Source of the DNA: Camelus dromedarius
Lineage: Eukaryota
Direction of reading: 5' to 3'
Assembly (NCBI RefSeq): GCF_036321535.1
Contig: NC_087437.1
Coordinates: 46,254,001-46,318,000, forward strand
Length of the DNA: 64,000 nucleotides
This document shows positions 24,880 through 36,660 of this stretch, piece by piece (positions within the stretch are counted from its first letter, which is position 1; each line of letters starts with the position of its first letter). The position numbers and the translations under genes were made by a program. Below the pieces are notes generated by a model that worked only from the letters and a program-made list of their open reading frames with translations, was not told the origin of the DNA and did not search any database.

Positions 24880-25142
24880 TATATTTCACAGTCATTTAAA
24901 GGCTAGCTCAAATGTCCCTTTCTCTACCTGCCAGGCAGAATTAGGGCTATCCATGCCCATAATATCATAACATTGTATTCATAATGTGTTTTCTTGCATA
25001 GTCATTTGGCTAGTTTTTAATGTGGTTGACACCCACTCAGCCTGGAATTTGTAGAGAACAAGGACTTTGCTTTACCCACTTTTGTTTTTCCAGCAACTAA
25101 GACCTGGTGCATGGAAAGAGCTCAATCATCATTTTTGAAATA
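24880..25142 (+). mobile_element. L2 LINE 3' end
   Basis: ctcaaatgtccctttctct...gagaacaaggactttgctttacccacttttgtttttccagcaactaagacctggtgcatggaaagagctcaat. Confidence 0.65.
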
Positions 25143-25187
25143 ACAGTTTTTGCAACTTAGGTCTTATGCAATAATGACACAATTCTT

Positions 25188-25554
25188 TTTTTTAAACACC
25201 TTTATTGTGGTATGATTTCTATACAGTAAACTACGCATGTTTCAGATGTACAATTTGATGAATTTTGGTAGGTGTATACGCCAATGATACCACCACCACA
25301 ATCAAGACAGCTAACATTTCCATCTCTCCCCAAGAGGTGCGAATTTTGAATTCCCAATTTAACCGTTCCCACCTCCTTTCCCCCTGGAGACCATAAGTTT
25401 GTTCTCTTTGTCTGTGAGTCTGTTTCTGATTTGTAGATAAGTTCATTTGTGTCCCTTTTTTTTTTTTTTTTTTAGATTCGACATATAAGTGATATCATAT
25501 GGTATTTTTCCTACTCTTTCTGACTTACTTCACTTAGAATGACAATCTCCAAGG
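25188..25554 (-). mobile_element. 5'-truncated chimeric L1 insertion (young cetartiodactyl-type 3' UTR fused to an L1MB/MC-type 3' terminus) with 14-bp TSD
   Basis: Exact flanking repeat ATGACACAATTCTT at 25174-25187 and 25555-25568; short poly(A) remnant; AATAAA (tttatt 25201-25206); junction at ~25337. Confidence 0.85.
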
Positions 25555-27849
25555 ATGACACAATTCTTAATAACATAAGAAGGGAAAGGTCTGCTTGGAT
25601 CATTCCCTCTCAGTAATTGCCCAAGTGGGTTAGTGGCAGGATGGCTGGGTGTCCATAGCAGAAATGGAGTAGAGATTTTCATTAACTTAGTGGGTTATAA
25701 ACACACAAACCAAGGAATTTGTAAATATGTAATTCGTAAATACCTAATACAGATATGTTAAGTCTTCTCCAACTGGGTCTTTCTAGGACCAAAGAGGTTT
25801 GTGTAAAATTATTTTTTCTTACATGGAAACCCTCTGTTTCCCCAGTTGTTTCAGTTACCTGTTTTTGAAGCAGTTGTGGTTGATGTCCTTCCTGCCCGAG
25901 AAAAGGCAAGCTGAACCGTCTTTCAGGCTGGGCCTTAGGACAAGCAGTGTAGGCAGTCACTATTGTGGTATACAATCTGAGAAATACTGAAATACTCTTG
26001 TCCTAGGATATTCCCTGGAACTGGTCCCTTTGTGTTGACATGCTCTTCTTTGAGGATAGAATTGGAAAGGTTTTGGGTATTTTTTACTGGTCTTCAGAGT
26101 TAGTTCCTCTGGCATTTGCTGGGCTCTGGTTTCTGGGTGTGGCCCCTTCTGACAGAGGATTAAATCACTGTTTTGAAAGCACCCACTTGACCTTGGAGCT
26201 TGTCTGTTCATCTGATCTTAATTTAAATTTCTGAGAAAGTAGGCCCCTATCACATGTCACCTTGGATGAGCATCCATACTCTAGTTACCTCCAGTGCTGT
26301 GTCTTCCTTTTATCTTCCCCTCGGTTTGCCTCACCCTTTAATGCTTGCTGGGCTCCTGCAGACATTTGGGTTTGCACTCTCTGCGTTGTATCTCTGACTT
26401 CTGTTGTTCAGGATAGTCATGCTTTCCATATGATGGTAGCTGCCATTCATAAAATAATATTTAGACTGCAACTGGTCATACTGAAAGTGAGATAATCAAC
26501 CTTTGTGCTCATAGTTGAACTTAACAGGAAGAGTACCTTCTTTTACTGTTTTTCTTTTGTTTAAGGAACGGTTAAGATAAAGATGAGGCTACAGTTGGCA
26601 ACTATATGTGAAGATTATGCTGTTTCCGCACTCTGGTGAAGCCAAAACCGCAGGTAGAAGTAAACAAAACAGGTTGTGAAAAGGTAGAACTTCACATGGT
26701 TTTGGGGAGGACATCTGGGGAGATTGTGTCAATGGCACTCTGGGTCTTCTTTTGGTGGCTTTAATTCTTCCAGCCCTGTTCCTGAGCCAGAGAGCATCTT
26801 GAATCCATGACTAGCAGCTCCTTTTTACCCCCTTCCCCAACAAAGAAGATACAGAGGAGGATTAGGAGGGGCATATATGCCGGTTTCCTTTTGTTCTTAA
26901 AGTCTCATTTCTACCCTAAAAGGAATGCTTTATTTCTGTATGATATATAAATCACTTTCCTCTCTTTTAGAAATGGCCTATTTTGAGAAAAAAACTATGG
27001 GTCAGTAGTCTACTTTTTAGTGAAGTTATAATAATCACTCTTGGTATTTAAGGAGAATAGTTAAAGAAAACAGTTTTCAATGGGCATATGTGTTAAAGAG
27101 ATGCTTTAGCAATGAAAATGGACAGGATGACTTTACATTTTGAAAAATCACATTATGACCTCATTCTAAAATGCCATCAGTAAATTAAGGTTGAGATGCA
27201 TTCTATTTATGACTGATTTTCTTACAAAGGACACAAGAGGCTTGAAAGAGATTCAGTTTTTTTGGATTTATTTATTTGCTGTTGAACCAGAGGGGCGAGC
27301 ACAGGGAGAAGAAACAGAGTTCAGGTGTAGTTTGATTATGTCCTTTTCAGTGCCTTGTTCTTACATGTGGCACTTATAAATAATAGGAAGGTAATATTTA
27401 GACTGATCATTGGAAAACAGATCAGCATGTCCTTAGGAAATTTTGCTTCTAAGGAAATTTGTAATTTGGCCAAAGAAAAGGTTACTGAACTGCAAGCATC
27501 TTGGAGATGAGGAAGTGGCCTCTGTAGTCACCAGCATGGTTTTGATGGGTGAGGGTGATGAATGTTGCCTGGCTTCCAGAAAGTCTGGACAGAAGAGGGC
27601 AAATGAATTGGGAGAAGACAGTCTTTCTGTTTTTTTGCCCCTTACAGCTAGTGGAAATTGGGCGTCTGTTGGGGAGCCCACGTGTCATATTTGTGGGCAG
27701 TGATGATGGCAGAGAAAATTGGGTGGCATCAGGAGTGGGGATCCTTGGGCCAGGGGAAGTGCTCCAGACAGTAGCAGCTGTGTCTCAGCAGTGTCTTTTG
27801 GTAAACCACGGCATTGCCACAAAACAGGTTATGCAATAAAACCTTGAGA

Positions 27850-28150
27850 ATACTCAGCTGTGTCAATATATTTTTCATAGGTAATTTTACAGTTTTAAAA
27901 TTAAAAATTACTTTTTCTTGTTGAAAGAACAGTTTTTTAGTTCTTTGAATTATAAACGTGAAAGTACAAAAAGAGAAAAAGAAGGCTAAAAACACTCACA
28001 ACCCCACTTACAAGAGTTAAGAATTCACCCCTGTGAACACTTTGGAGTGGATACTTTCCTGCTCCGATATTGCTTTGTAACATTCCTCATTTAATAATAC
28101 GTTGTGGACATAATTCCTATGGATCAGTGCTCATCTAAGTTAGATTTAGT
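27850..28150 (-). mobile_element. Old L1 (L1ME-like) 3' end
   Basis: cactcacaaccccacttacaagagttaa...ctgtgaacactttggagtggatactttcc...tcctcatttaataatacgttgtggaca. Confidence 0.55.
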
Positions 28151-29224
28151 GATCTATAGTTCTTTTTTTTTTCCTGCAGAATTTATAGAGTGTGATCAAC
28201 ACTCAGACTTAGACAAGGGTAGGTGGACCTCTAGGCCAGGGCAGAAGGTTGGAATAGATGATCACTGATCTATGAAACGTTACTTGGGAGGTTATTTGAA
28301 GGTGGAGATCATAGCTTTATCTAATCAACCCAAAACCCTGAGCAAAAAGGCTAAACAACTCAGTCCAAAAGTGGGATGTTTGTTAATGATTTAATTAAAT
28401 ATTTGTTTTTCTTCTTCAGTGAAGGCACTATTTACACCCAGTGCTATTTGAATCAGTATAAGAATTTTCTGCTGCCTCCAGATGAGGTGAGAAAGGAGGG
28501 GTTGTAGGAGAAGGAGAGGTTCTTCCTCTGGGTTTAGCCCTTTACAGTCTGTGCTTTCTCCATCTCATTTGCCTTTTGTTCCTTCTCATATGGACCATGT
28601 ATCAGCCTCCTGTCACTGAGTTTCTCTGCAAGCCAGTCTATCTTTTGACTAATTTCCTAGTTAATGTAAGGCTCAGATTGTGTCCCTCTCTTGCAGTTTT
28701 ACACTGGACAGTGTTAGGCTGCTCACATAAGAATATCCCATGTTGTATTGTGACATTCAGGGGTTTCCAGTAGAGACCTGTCTCTACGGGTCTTTCCTAA
28801 ATTCATTCATTTATTCAGTGTGTTCTTGAGCTGTTCTAAGTACTGGAGACAGATAGTGAGCATGACTTGGTTTTGTTCCTTACCATTTCTCTGAGATCCT
28901 CACAGACTCACCCTCTAGGCTTCTGCTCTCTGGGCCATGGCACCTGCCTTTCCCTCTGGCTGTGATGCTCTCTTTTCAAACTTCTTTATTAAAATCCCTT
29001 AGAGTTCAATTTAAACTCCACCTCCTCCATGAAGCTGGCTGTGATCCTTCTGGCCAGAAGTTGTCTTTCCTTTTTCAGATCTCCCCTGGATGCCAATGGA
29101 CAACATCACTTAGTATTATAGTTACTTCTGAATATGTGCTACATCTTCCCTATCAACCTAATCTGTTTAAGAGCAAAGGATATTTCCCATTTATCTTTCT
29201 TTTTTTTCTCTTCCTATAGGATAA

Positions 29225-29480
29225 TAAAGCACAAAGATTAAGGGTTTGGGGAAACATGGTCAGATAAGTCTGGACCTAAATCTTGGCTCTACCATCTTGT
29301 CAGCTGCATGACCCTAGGCAAGTTACTCACTCACTTCGGTTTCCCTATGTGTAAAATGGGAATAATAGTTGTTCAGAGATTTGCCTGTGAGAACTAAATG
29401 AGATAATCTATTTATTGATGAAATAGATAACTGTTCCTGACACAAAAGTAAGTTCTCAGTAAACTTTGCATCATTGTTCC
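29225..29480 (+). mobile_element. MIR SINE, near full length
   Basis: aaatcttggctctaccatcttgtcagctgcatgaccctaggcaagttactcact...tttccctatgtgtaaaatgggaataatag...taaatgagataat. Confidence 0.9.
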
Positions 29481-30247
29481 TCAATGTGTATTTGCTAAAT
29501 AACTGAATTAGCAATTGGTCTCTTAAGTAACTCAGAATCAGTCCCTATTCTGGCTCAAAAGAATCTTTCTGTATTCATCTCTGTTTATAAAGTATTGTTT
29601 AGAAAGTTGAATTATCTAAAAAATCTTGTTTCTTCATTTTTATCTTCTTTAAATAGACTGTCCAACTCCATCCTTTCTCACATGTTCCCCTTGTGTTTGG
29701 ATATTAATAGTAAAACCATTGCTAAGTGGTGACTATGAAATGAATATAAACAGACAGCATCTTCACAGAAATTTTAAAAAGATCATCTGATAGCAGTGTT
29801 TTTGCCTGCATTTCCCCTGAGAAGAAAACGCAGCCCAAAGAAGGGCAAGGCGCTTCTGAAGCCCCAGAGACAGAATAGCTCAGACAGAAATAGACACAGA
29901 TCTCCTGGTGCAACCTCCGTGGTTCCACCATGAAGCTGAGCAAAAACACCTTCTTTCGATTTGTTCTCTTTTGAAAAGCAAGAGAGCTATGTTAAACATA
30001 TTCAACAATTTTCTTCAGTGGGGGTTAAAGTCTAGTTTTGTGTCCGTGAACACAGGAGGAGGCTGTGTGGTTGAAATGATGACAGTGAAAGTTTGTGCCA
30101 TTAAGTTAATAGAGGTGATAACATGAACAAAACAGGCATGGGGAACTGAGTGTCAGAGTGAGAACAGGTTGGGAGAGGATGTAGTCCAATTCCTCAGTTT
30201 AAAATGAGGAGAGGTTAAGGGACCAATGTCACACGCTGATGGCAAAG

Positions 30248-30476
30248 GGCAGTACTGTGTGGTTGTCAAAGGCACACGATTGGAAGCCAGGCTGCCGGAG
30301 CGGGTGAGCCCTGCCACCTACCATCTGGTGCCTGAGTAGTGACTTACCCTCTCTGTGTCTTGGTTTCCTTCCGTGTAGAAAAAGGGGTAATGAGGATGAA
30401 ATCACTTTATGTGTGCAAAGCTTTTAGAACTTAAGCTGGCCCGTGGTGATTATTCAGTATATATTAGCTGTTGTTA
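30248..30476 (+). mobile_element. MIR SINE
   Basis: ggcagtactgtgtggtt...gtgacttaccctctctgtgtcttggtttccttccgtgtagaa...gtgcaaagcttttagaac. Confidence 0.85.
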
Positions 30477-32029
30477 GTGGTAGAAGCGGGAAAAGAATCT
30501 GGCACTATTCTTTTCTGAAGGGAGGAGACAGGTTATCATTGGTGCATAGAGAAATGCTTTTGGGGGATTATGTGGAGGTGAGGCGCCAAAGTAGGGTGGA
30601 GGATGGGAGAGATGGGCTGGAGGTGGTGATTTAAATGGGTAGAGAACTGTGCACATGGTGTGCTTTTGAAGACCGAGGGAAATGTCTTCCCATAAAAAAC
30701 TTTCTAGTGTAACAGTCCTGGAAGTCTCACTTTTGAACAACTTCTTTGGGCCAATCATGGCCCTTTCTCTGTAGTTGTCATTTAAAATGACGACATTTGG
30801 TGATGGAGTTAAGGATGACCGCAAGTGATTAACATTAGCACAGAGCCTGCATTAGTTTATTCAAGGCCCTCAAAGGCTGAGACCTCTGAGGGAGGTGCTA
30901 GGTGCTAGAAGAATACAAAAAGGGAGATGCCAAAGTCAACATCTACCTCCATCCCAATTTTGTTTCCCTGGACTTGCAGAGCTGATAAGGGTGAGGCTAG
31001 GGCATGTCAGACCTCCTTTCTTAATGTTTACAGAGACAGCTTAGAGTGGGCTCCCTAGACTCAAGCCCCAGCCACCACCTTGCTGCTGAGAGCATGATGG
31101 CGGCTCCTGGAACAGCAGAGATTCTTCGAAGTAGAAGAAACCTCCTAGTGGCTGCAGGGAATGTATAGTTGTATGTTTACAGCTTGCTTGCTACCAGTGT
31201 GTTATCTGTGAATAAATTCATGTAGCTGCTTTATGGTGCACAAAATGGAATTTAGCTGCCACAAAGGATTAGAAACTGAGAATCTTTTTATTTATTCTTA
31301 CAGTACATTTTAAAATTGCGAAGTCAATGCATATTCTAAATTAAGACTCGAAAGAAAAGGCTCTTTGGGTGAAATTCTGTATGTCAGACTTGATCAAGAA
31401 TTGAAATTGTGTAGAACGATTTAGAAACATCTGGTAATGTGTTATTAATAAGCTAACAGAAATAAATCAACAATTTCAACTGAGAAACATTAATTTGCAT
31501 AAAACACTCAATAGGAAAGAATACATAATATACATTTTCATCATATACAATAATTGTGCAGTCCAAACATTTTAAAACATACCAACTAACCAGGAAATTT
31601 ATACATTGTTGAAAACTAGATTAAATTTACAAATGATGAGAAAAATCTGATTTTTAAAAAAACATTGTTTATTATGTCTTGCAAATAAATTATAATATTA
31701 ACTGTGGTACAGAAGCAGATAACAGAAATAAATCAGTTCTAAGTCCTTTTGAAGTGAAACAATTGTTCCCTTTCACTAATAAAGAGAAAATGAACGCATA
31801 GTTAATAACGTAGCTCAGACCGCTGTTTAGACTTACACACTGAAGCACAAGCAAAATCTGAGTTTTGAGTTTTTAAAATTAGATGTTTTATAAGGAGTAA
31901 TGCATATCACTTGGTTTGCATTCTAAAAGCAGTGTTGCACTGCAGGAGTGTAAAGACATAGACGTGCTGTGAAGAGGTCAGCTGACTGGCGCTGGAGTGG
32001 GTTGCTCACTCCACAACCTTCTAACTGTA

Positions 32030-32224
32030 TTCCGGTCTGTGGAGCAGCCCAGGAGAGCTAACTCTGCTGATCTCTTTCTAACTCTGCATTCGGTGATGCC
32101 ACATTGGTAGCTTGTAATTGGCTGTGGTGGAAGGATTTACACCAAAGAAAATGGCACATGCTATGAATCAGGGCTTTTTTTCCCTAAAGAGCCGGTGGTG
32201 TAATATTTTTCAAAAAGTACTCTG
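32030..32224 (+). mobile_element. MER63A-like hAT-Blackjack non-autonomous element
   Basis: aactctgcattcggtgatgccacattggtagcttgtaattggctgtggtggaaggatttacacca...aatcagggct...gagccggtggtgtaatattt matches recalled MER63. Confidence 0.75.
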
Positions 32225-32372
32225 TATCACTATGCCTCCTTTGTTTCTTCATCTTTAAAAAGGAGGAAAATAATATTTCAACCTTACATGATTTTGATGT
32301 GGTTTAAGTGAGATAATTTATATAATTTCTTAATATCTAGCACATGGTTCTCAATAAGTGTTAGTGTGATTA
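32225..32372 (+). mobile_element. MIR SINE 3' part
   Basis: tttcttcatctttaaaaaggagg...ttaagtgagataatttatata...ctcaataagtgttag. Confidence 0.7.
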
Positions 32373-32451
32373 TATTTGGGGCCACCAATGTTTAATGTTT
32401 CTAGTGGGGAAATCACCTTGGCAAGGCCTTTCTTTTGGTAAATGGGGATAA

Positions 32452-32695
32452 ATCACAACAGTTAAATATTTATTGAATATTTGCTATGTGCCAGGCACAA
32501 TTCTAGACAAATTTTATATATTATGTCATTATATCCCCACCCCAGCCCAATGAGAGAGGTACTCATTTCATTCCCATTTTACAAATGATGAAACTGAGGT
32601 ATAGCCAGGAACTTACTCAAAGATGTAAATAGTTCTAAATTTGGGATGTGAACTGCAGTAATTTTCCTCTGGATCCCATGCTCTTAAGCCTACAC
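32452..32695 (-). mobile_element. MIR SINE, near full length
   Basis: atttattgaatatttgctatgtgccaggcac...cccattttacaaatgatgaaactgagg. Confidence 0.9.
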
Positions 32696-32714
32696 TCTTG
32701 TGCTTCTAGTAAAG

Positions 32715-32870
32715 TCTTCTAGGACATTAGAAAAATACAGGACCTTAGATCAACCTGGTCCAGTGCCTTGCGTTTACAGATGAGGGCAGCGGAGAGAAAG
32801 AGACAAATAGATAGCTTGCCCAAGGTCACCTGCAAGCATTTGTGTTTCCTCATTCCAGTTCAGCCCTCTT
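32715..32870 (-). mobile_element. MIR3-like SINE
   Basis: gaccttagatcaacctggtccag...tttacagatgaggg...cttgcccaaggtcac. Confidence 0.65.
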
Positions 32871-33928
32871 TTTGTTCAAAAAGGAGATAGCAAGACATTG
32901 CCTACGCTCAAATATAAGTGGAGAAAGTGTGCACACTGGAAGGGAATCAGAAAAACAAAGAAAGTGTACATAAAAAAGTATCTGGTGTTTTGAGGTCTGT
33001 TTCATCTGAGGATTAGTCTCCCTTCTCTGGACTAGACATTGAGTATTTTAATAGCTCCAATGAGATGGAATTGTCACTGCATCAAGAGTCGGAAGCTGGT
33101 CAAAAGGTTTCGTAGAAACTTTTAACACCATTTTAGTGTAATACTCAAACCTGCGTAGAAAGGAAATGCATTACTTTTCAGTCCTTCTGCTTGAAGAGGG
33201 AGAACTTCTCACTGTTCAAGCATCCTCTTCTGCCATCCCTGGTTCCTTCCCAGGCTGGAGCTTCTTGTTTATGTTGGGCCTGAGGGTATATATGTATGTT
33301 TGTGTGTTTGTATGTGCATGTGCATGCATGCAGGCACATACATGCATCTACAGTTAACCTCTGAAAGAAGTGCCCGGTCTCCATGTTCCCACAACTGGAT
33401 GGGTGACCTGGTCTCAGGGCCAAGGAAGCAGAGGTTGTAACTTGATGGCAAAACTTTGGTCACAGTCTAACCTGGAGATGAGTCTTATTAACCCTCACTA
33501 GGCAATTGTCCTGGCCCAGGTAGTCTTATTAGATGTTAAGCCAGGGGCAGGCCTGCTCTTCGGTGCCCTAAGGGAAGAGAATGATGCTGGAGGCTTCCTA
33601 AAAGAAGGCATATTCATTCTTCCTTGTGCATAATCTGCGGTTATGTTGGCAGAAAAAAATTCAGTATATTTTTAACATAACTTGCTCTGGAAAATGGTGA
33701 ATTACAAGTATTTTCTATTTTTATAGGTAGGAAAAACATTATGTGGTGATTGAAAATACAGCATGACACCTTGTGTAGAAGTTTGGAGTGGATCAGACTG
33801 AGGAGTCTGGAGATACGGTACAGGATCTTGAGTGAATTGAAAATTGTTAAAGAAGAATATTCTAGAGGCAGAGGGTGGGATGGAGTGAATGAAAAGTGTC
33901 TTGGGTCTGGGAGAGCAGCTAAGATCAC

Positions 33929-34320
33929 TGTCTTAGTTTCTAGAAGGAGAGCCTGAGACAGGGATTCTTATGTGCATGACTTATTGAGGTGGTGCTCTCA
34001 GGGGAAGGGGAAGAAAGCTAAGAAGGATGTTCTTAGCTGGAGCCTAGCTTCACTGGGACCTCTGAGGAGCTGAAAGTAGCAAATTGCACCCCAGAAACGG
34101 TTGCCTGTCAAAGCAAGGGGCCAGGCTTTTGTGCTCAGGTAGTCAGTCAATCATTGGCCACTGGTGTGACTTCCAAGGTGAAGCAGCCCCATGCGGCCTA
34201 GAGCAGTTCTCTGAGACGGGTGCAGCTGTGCATCTTTGGCAGCCAACAGTCGCTACAGCTGGGGCTGGATACATCAACCTTGTGCAAGGAATATGGGCAG
34301 GAAACATATTCTTACACTAG
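33929..34320 (-). mobile_element. ERVL solo LTR (LTR16-like)
   Basis: tgtcttag...gagcctgagacagggattc...ttattgagg; cagtcaatcattggcc; gcagttctctgagacgggtgcagctgtg...gcagccaaca are LTR16-family hallmarks (recalled). Confidence 0.75.
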
Positions 34321-34839
34321 TGTCATGACCCAGGTGTGTGGTATTGGGAATTCATGTCTAATCAAAATCGTGGTGGGGGAAAGGGTTATGAGGCCTCCAC
34401 CGGAAATCCTACTTAGTGGAACAGACTGTTACATCAGAGCAGAATGCAACATCTGGAATCTACCAGTCTTGACAGGATTCGAGTTACCTGGGTGCTGGCA
34501 GTGAGTGGCCTGAGGTCCACGTAGGACTACTGACTCAGGGGTTGCCCACTTCTCTCCTGTGATTCAAGTCCTGGCTGGAAAACTGTCTTGAAGTTTGCTG
34601 GCTGCTAAAGGAATCATTATTGTTAAGGATTTGGAAATTCTCTAATGTTTTGTGGGAAGGGAAACTGAGAATAGAATGGGGTTCAGTTTTTCTTTGGGGC
34701 TACGATGGTGACCTTGGGGGTATTAATGGTGCTGGTACTGTGAGGGTAGAATGCAAGGGGGAGGGAAGAAGATGGGGTTCCATCTCTGGACTTAAGCTTC
34801 ATAGTTGTCCTCCTAAACTCAGGCCTAAGTTATTGTCTT

Positions 34840-35180
34840 GGCTGCATCCAAGTCCTGGCCACTTGGCAACAGCGTGTGAGGTGTGTTTTGAAGTCAGACT
34901 TGCCTACAAATACAAACATTACCGTTTACTAGTTACTTAACTTTTCTGAGTCCCCTTATTTGTGTTAAAAAAAAAAGGGAGGAGGACATGAGTTTTTGCT
35001 TCATGGCCGGGGGCAAGTTGCTTAAATTTTCTATGCCTCTCTTTCTCTACCACCAAAATGAGGTTGAAAATACTTAACTCCCAGTAACTGTGAGGACTCT
35101 ATAAGATAATATATTTAAATTTCACTGCATGTAGTCAGTGCCAATAAATCGTATCATTATGTGAGATATTATTATTATTA
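34840..35180 (+). mobile_element. MIR SINE interrupted by a duplicated segment
   Basis: caagtcctggccacttggcaacagcgtgtga [insert] ccgggggcaagttgcttaaattttctatgcctc...aaaatgagg...taagataatatattt. Confidence 0.75.
34877..35006 (+). repeat. Copy 1 of a ~130-bp local direct duplication (copy 2 at 36460-36596)
   Basis: By-eye alignment: five transitions plus differences in the A/GA tract. Confidence 0.95.
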
Positions 35181-36459
35181 TTAGATGTTAATTGATTTGT
35201 TACTAGTGAAAAATTGAATCTTTTTCTTCTTCTCCTTCCTATAAATCATATACTCTGAATGTGTTCAGATTGTAGTGTAATATCTAAACATAAGGGAAAT
35301 CTTTAAAAAGGAAAGAGAATTTGGAATGTCACAAAAGAGCAGATACTTAACATAGTTTTCTGCATATGTTATTGACATTCAGTGTGGTAATTCTCATTTG
35401 CTCTGCACAGTTGCATTTGTGAAATCAGTTTGGGGGTCCTGAGAGCCCAGGAGGTGAAACAGAGGAAATGAGAGCTCCTTAGTGACCATGTAAGGGGCTG
35501 GCAAAATTTGACTTTGAATTGGCCAGGTTAAAATGAGCTTGCATTTTTAATAAATAACAATAAGACAGTCTAGGCGGCTGGGGAGTGGGAATTGCTTTGA
35601 ATTACATACTATTTGGGGAAAAAAAGATCTGTGATCAGAATAACAAGGTTTTACTGTACATCACATATTGTATGAATTCTGCTGTCTCTTAGAAATACTC
35701 TTTGTATCTTCAGTCTTTTATGATTGTCGTGCCATTCTGGGAGCCACTCAGTCCTTTGTGTTATTCTGTTGTCTGTCGTAATGAAATAATTGGGATGACA
35801 ATTATTTGCTTGTTTGGTTTCAAAAGTTTTCTATGTTCAATTCCTTCTATTGTCTGCCTCATGGTACCACGGTGTGATATATCATGCCTGCCTAGATTCC
35901 AGGAACAAATGCTTTTTTTTTTTTTCCTGGAGAAGTGCCCCCTTAAACAAAGTTAAATGGAGATGTATTAAAAGTACTATTGTGAACATTAAAAATAATT
36001 GCTACCATCCAGGACTCAAATAGTTTAAACATACCAAGATTGTAGATGAGGTCACAGTTTTCCATGGAGTTTAGCAGTCTAATTTTATACCTCAAATCAA
36101 AATAGATAGACTGACAGTGAGAGATACTAGATAGTATTTGAGATTAGACTTGTTAGAAAATTCAAAAAGTATGGCAGCTTGAAACACAACAACACAGGCT
36201 GTGCCCAGTGCACCTTAGGGATTCATGTAACATGTGCTGTGGCCATGAAAATAGGGTAACATCGCCTCCCTCTCCTTCTCTAACCCTGCCCAGAGATGTT
36301 AGGGGGTAAATTCAGGTTCTAGCAGTGGGGGTTTGGATCAGCACAGGGATGGTGGCCACTGTCACACTGGCCTGGATGACATGCATTGAAAGTGCTCCAG
36401 GGCCATTTGGGGGAGGATGGCCAGGTGTGACCCAGACAGTCAGGGTCATGGCTGTATTA

Positions 36460-36660
36460 TGAGGTGTGTTTTGAAGTCAGACTTGCCTACAAATACAAAC
36501 ATTACCATTTACTAGTTACTCAACTTTTCTGAGTCCCCTTATTTATGTAAAAAAAAAAAAGAGAGAGAGAGGAGGATATGAGTTTTTGCTTTATGGATTA
36601 ATTGTGAGACTCAGATGGGATAAAGTAGATAAAGACGCTAAGCCTGGTGCATAATACTGG
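36460..36660 (+). mobile_element. Diverged MIR containing copy 2 (36460-36596) of the duplication
   Basis: After the shared segment the sequence continues as a MIR 3' part: attgtgagactcagatgggataaagtagataaag...cctggtgcataa. Confidence 0.75.

Noticed and set aside
33285..33350. Alternating purine-pyrimidine tract with several TGCATG motifs
   Set aside because: Degenerate (TG/CA)n low-complexity sequence; the motifs are expected by composition and no adjacent exon is evident.
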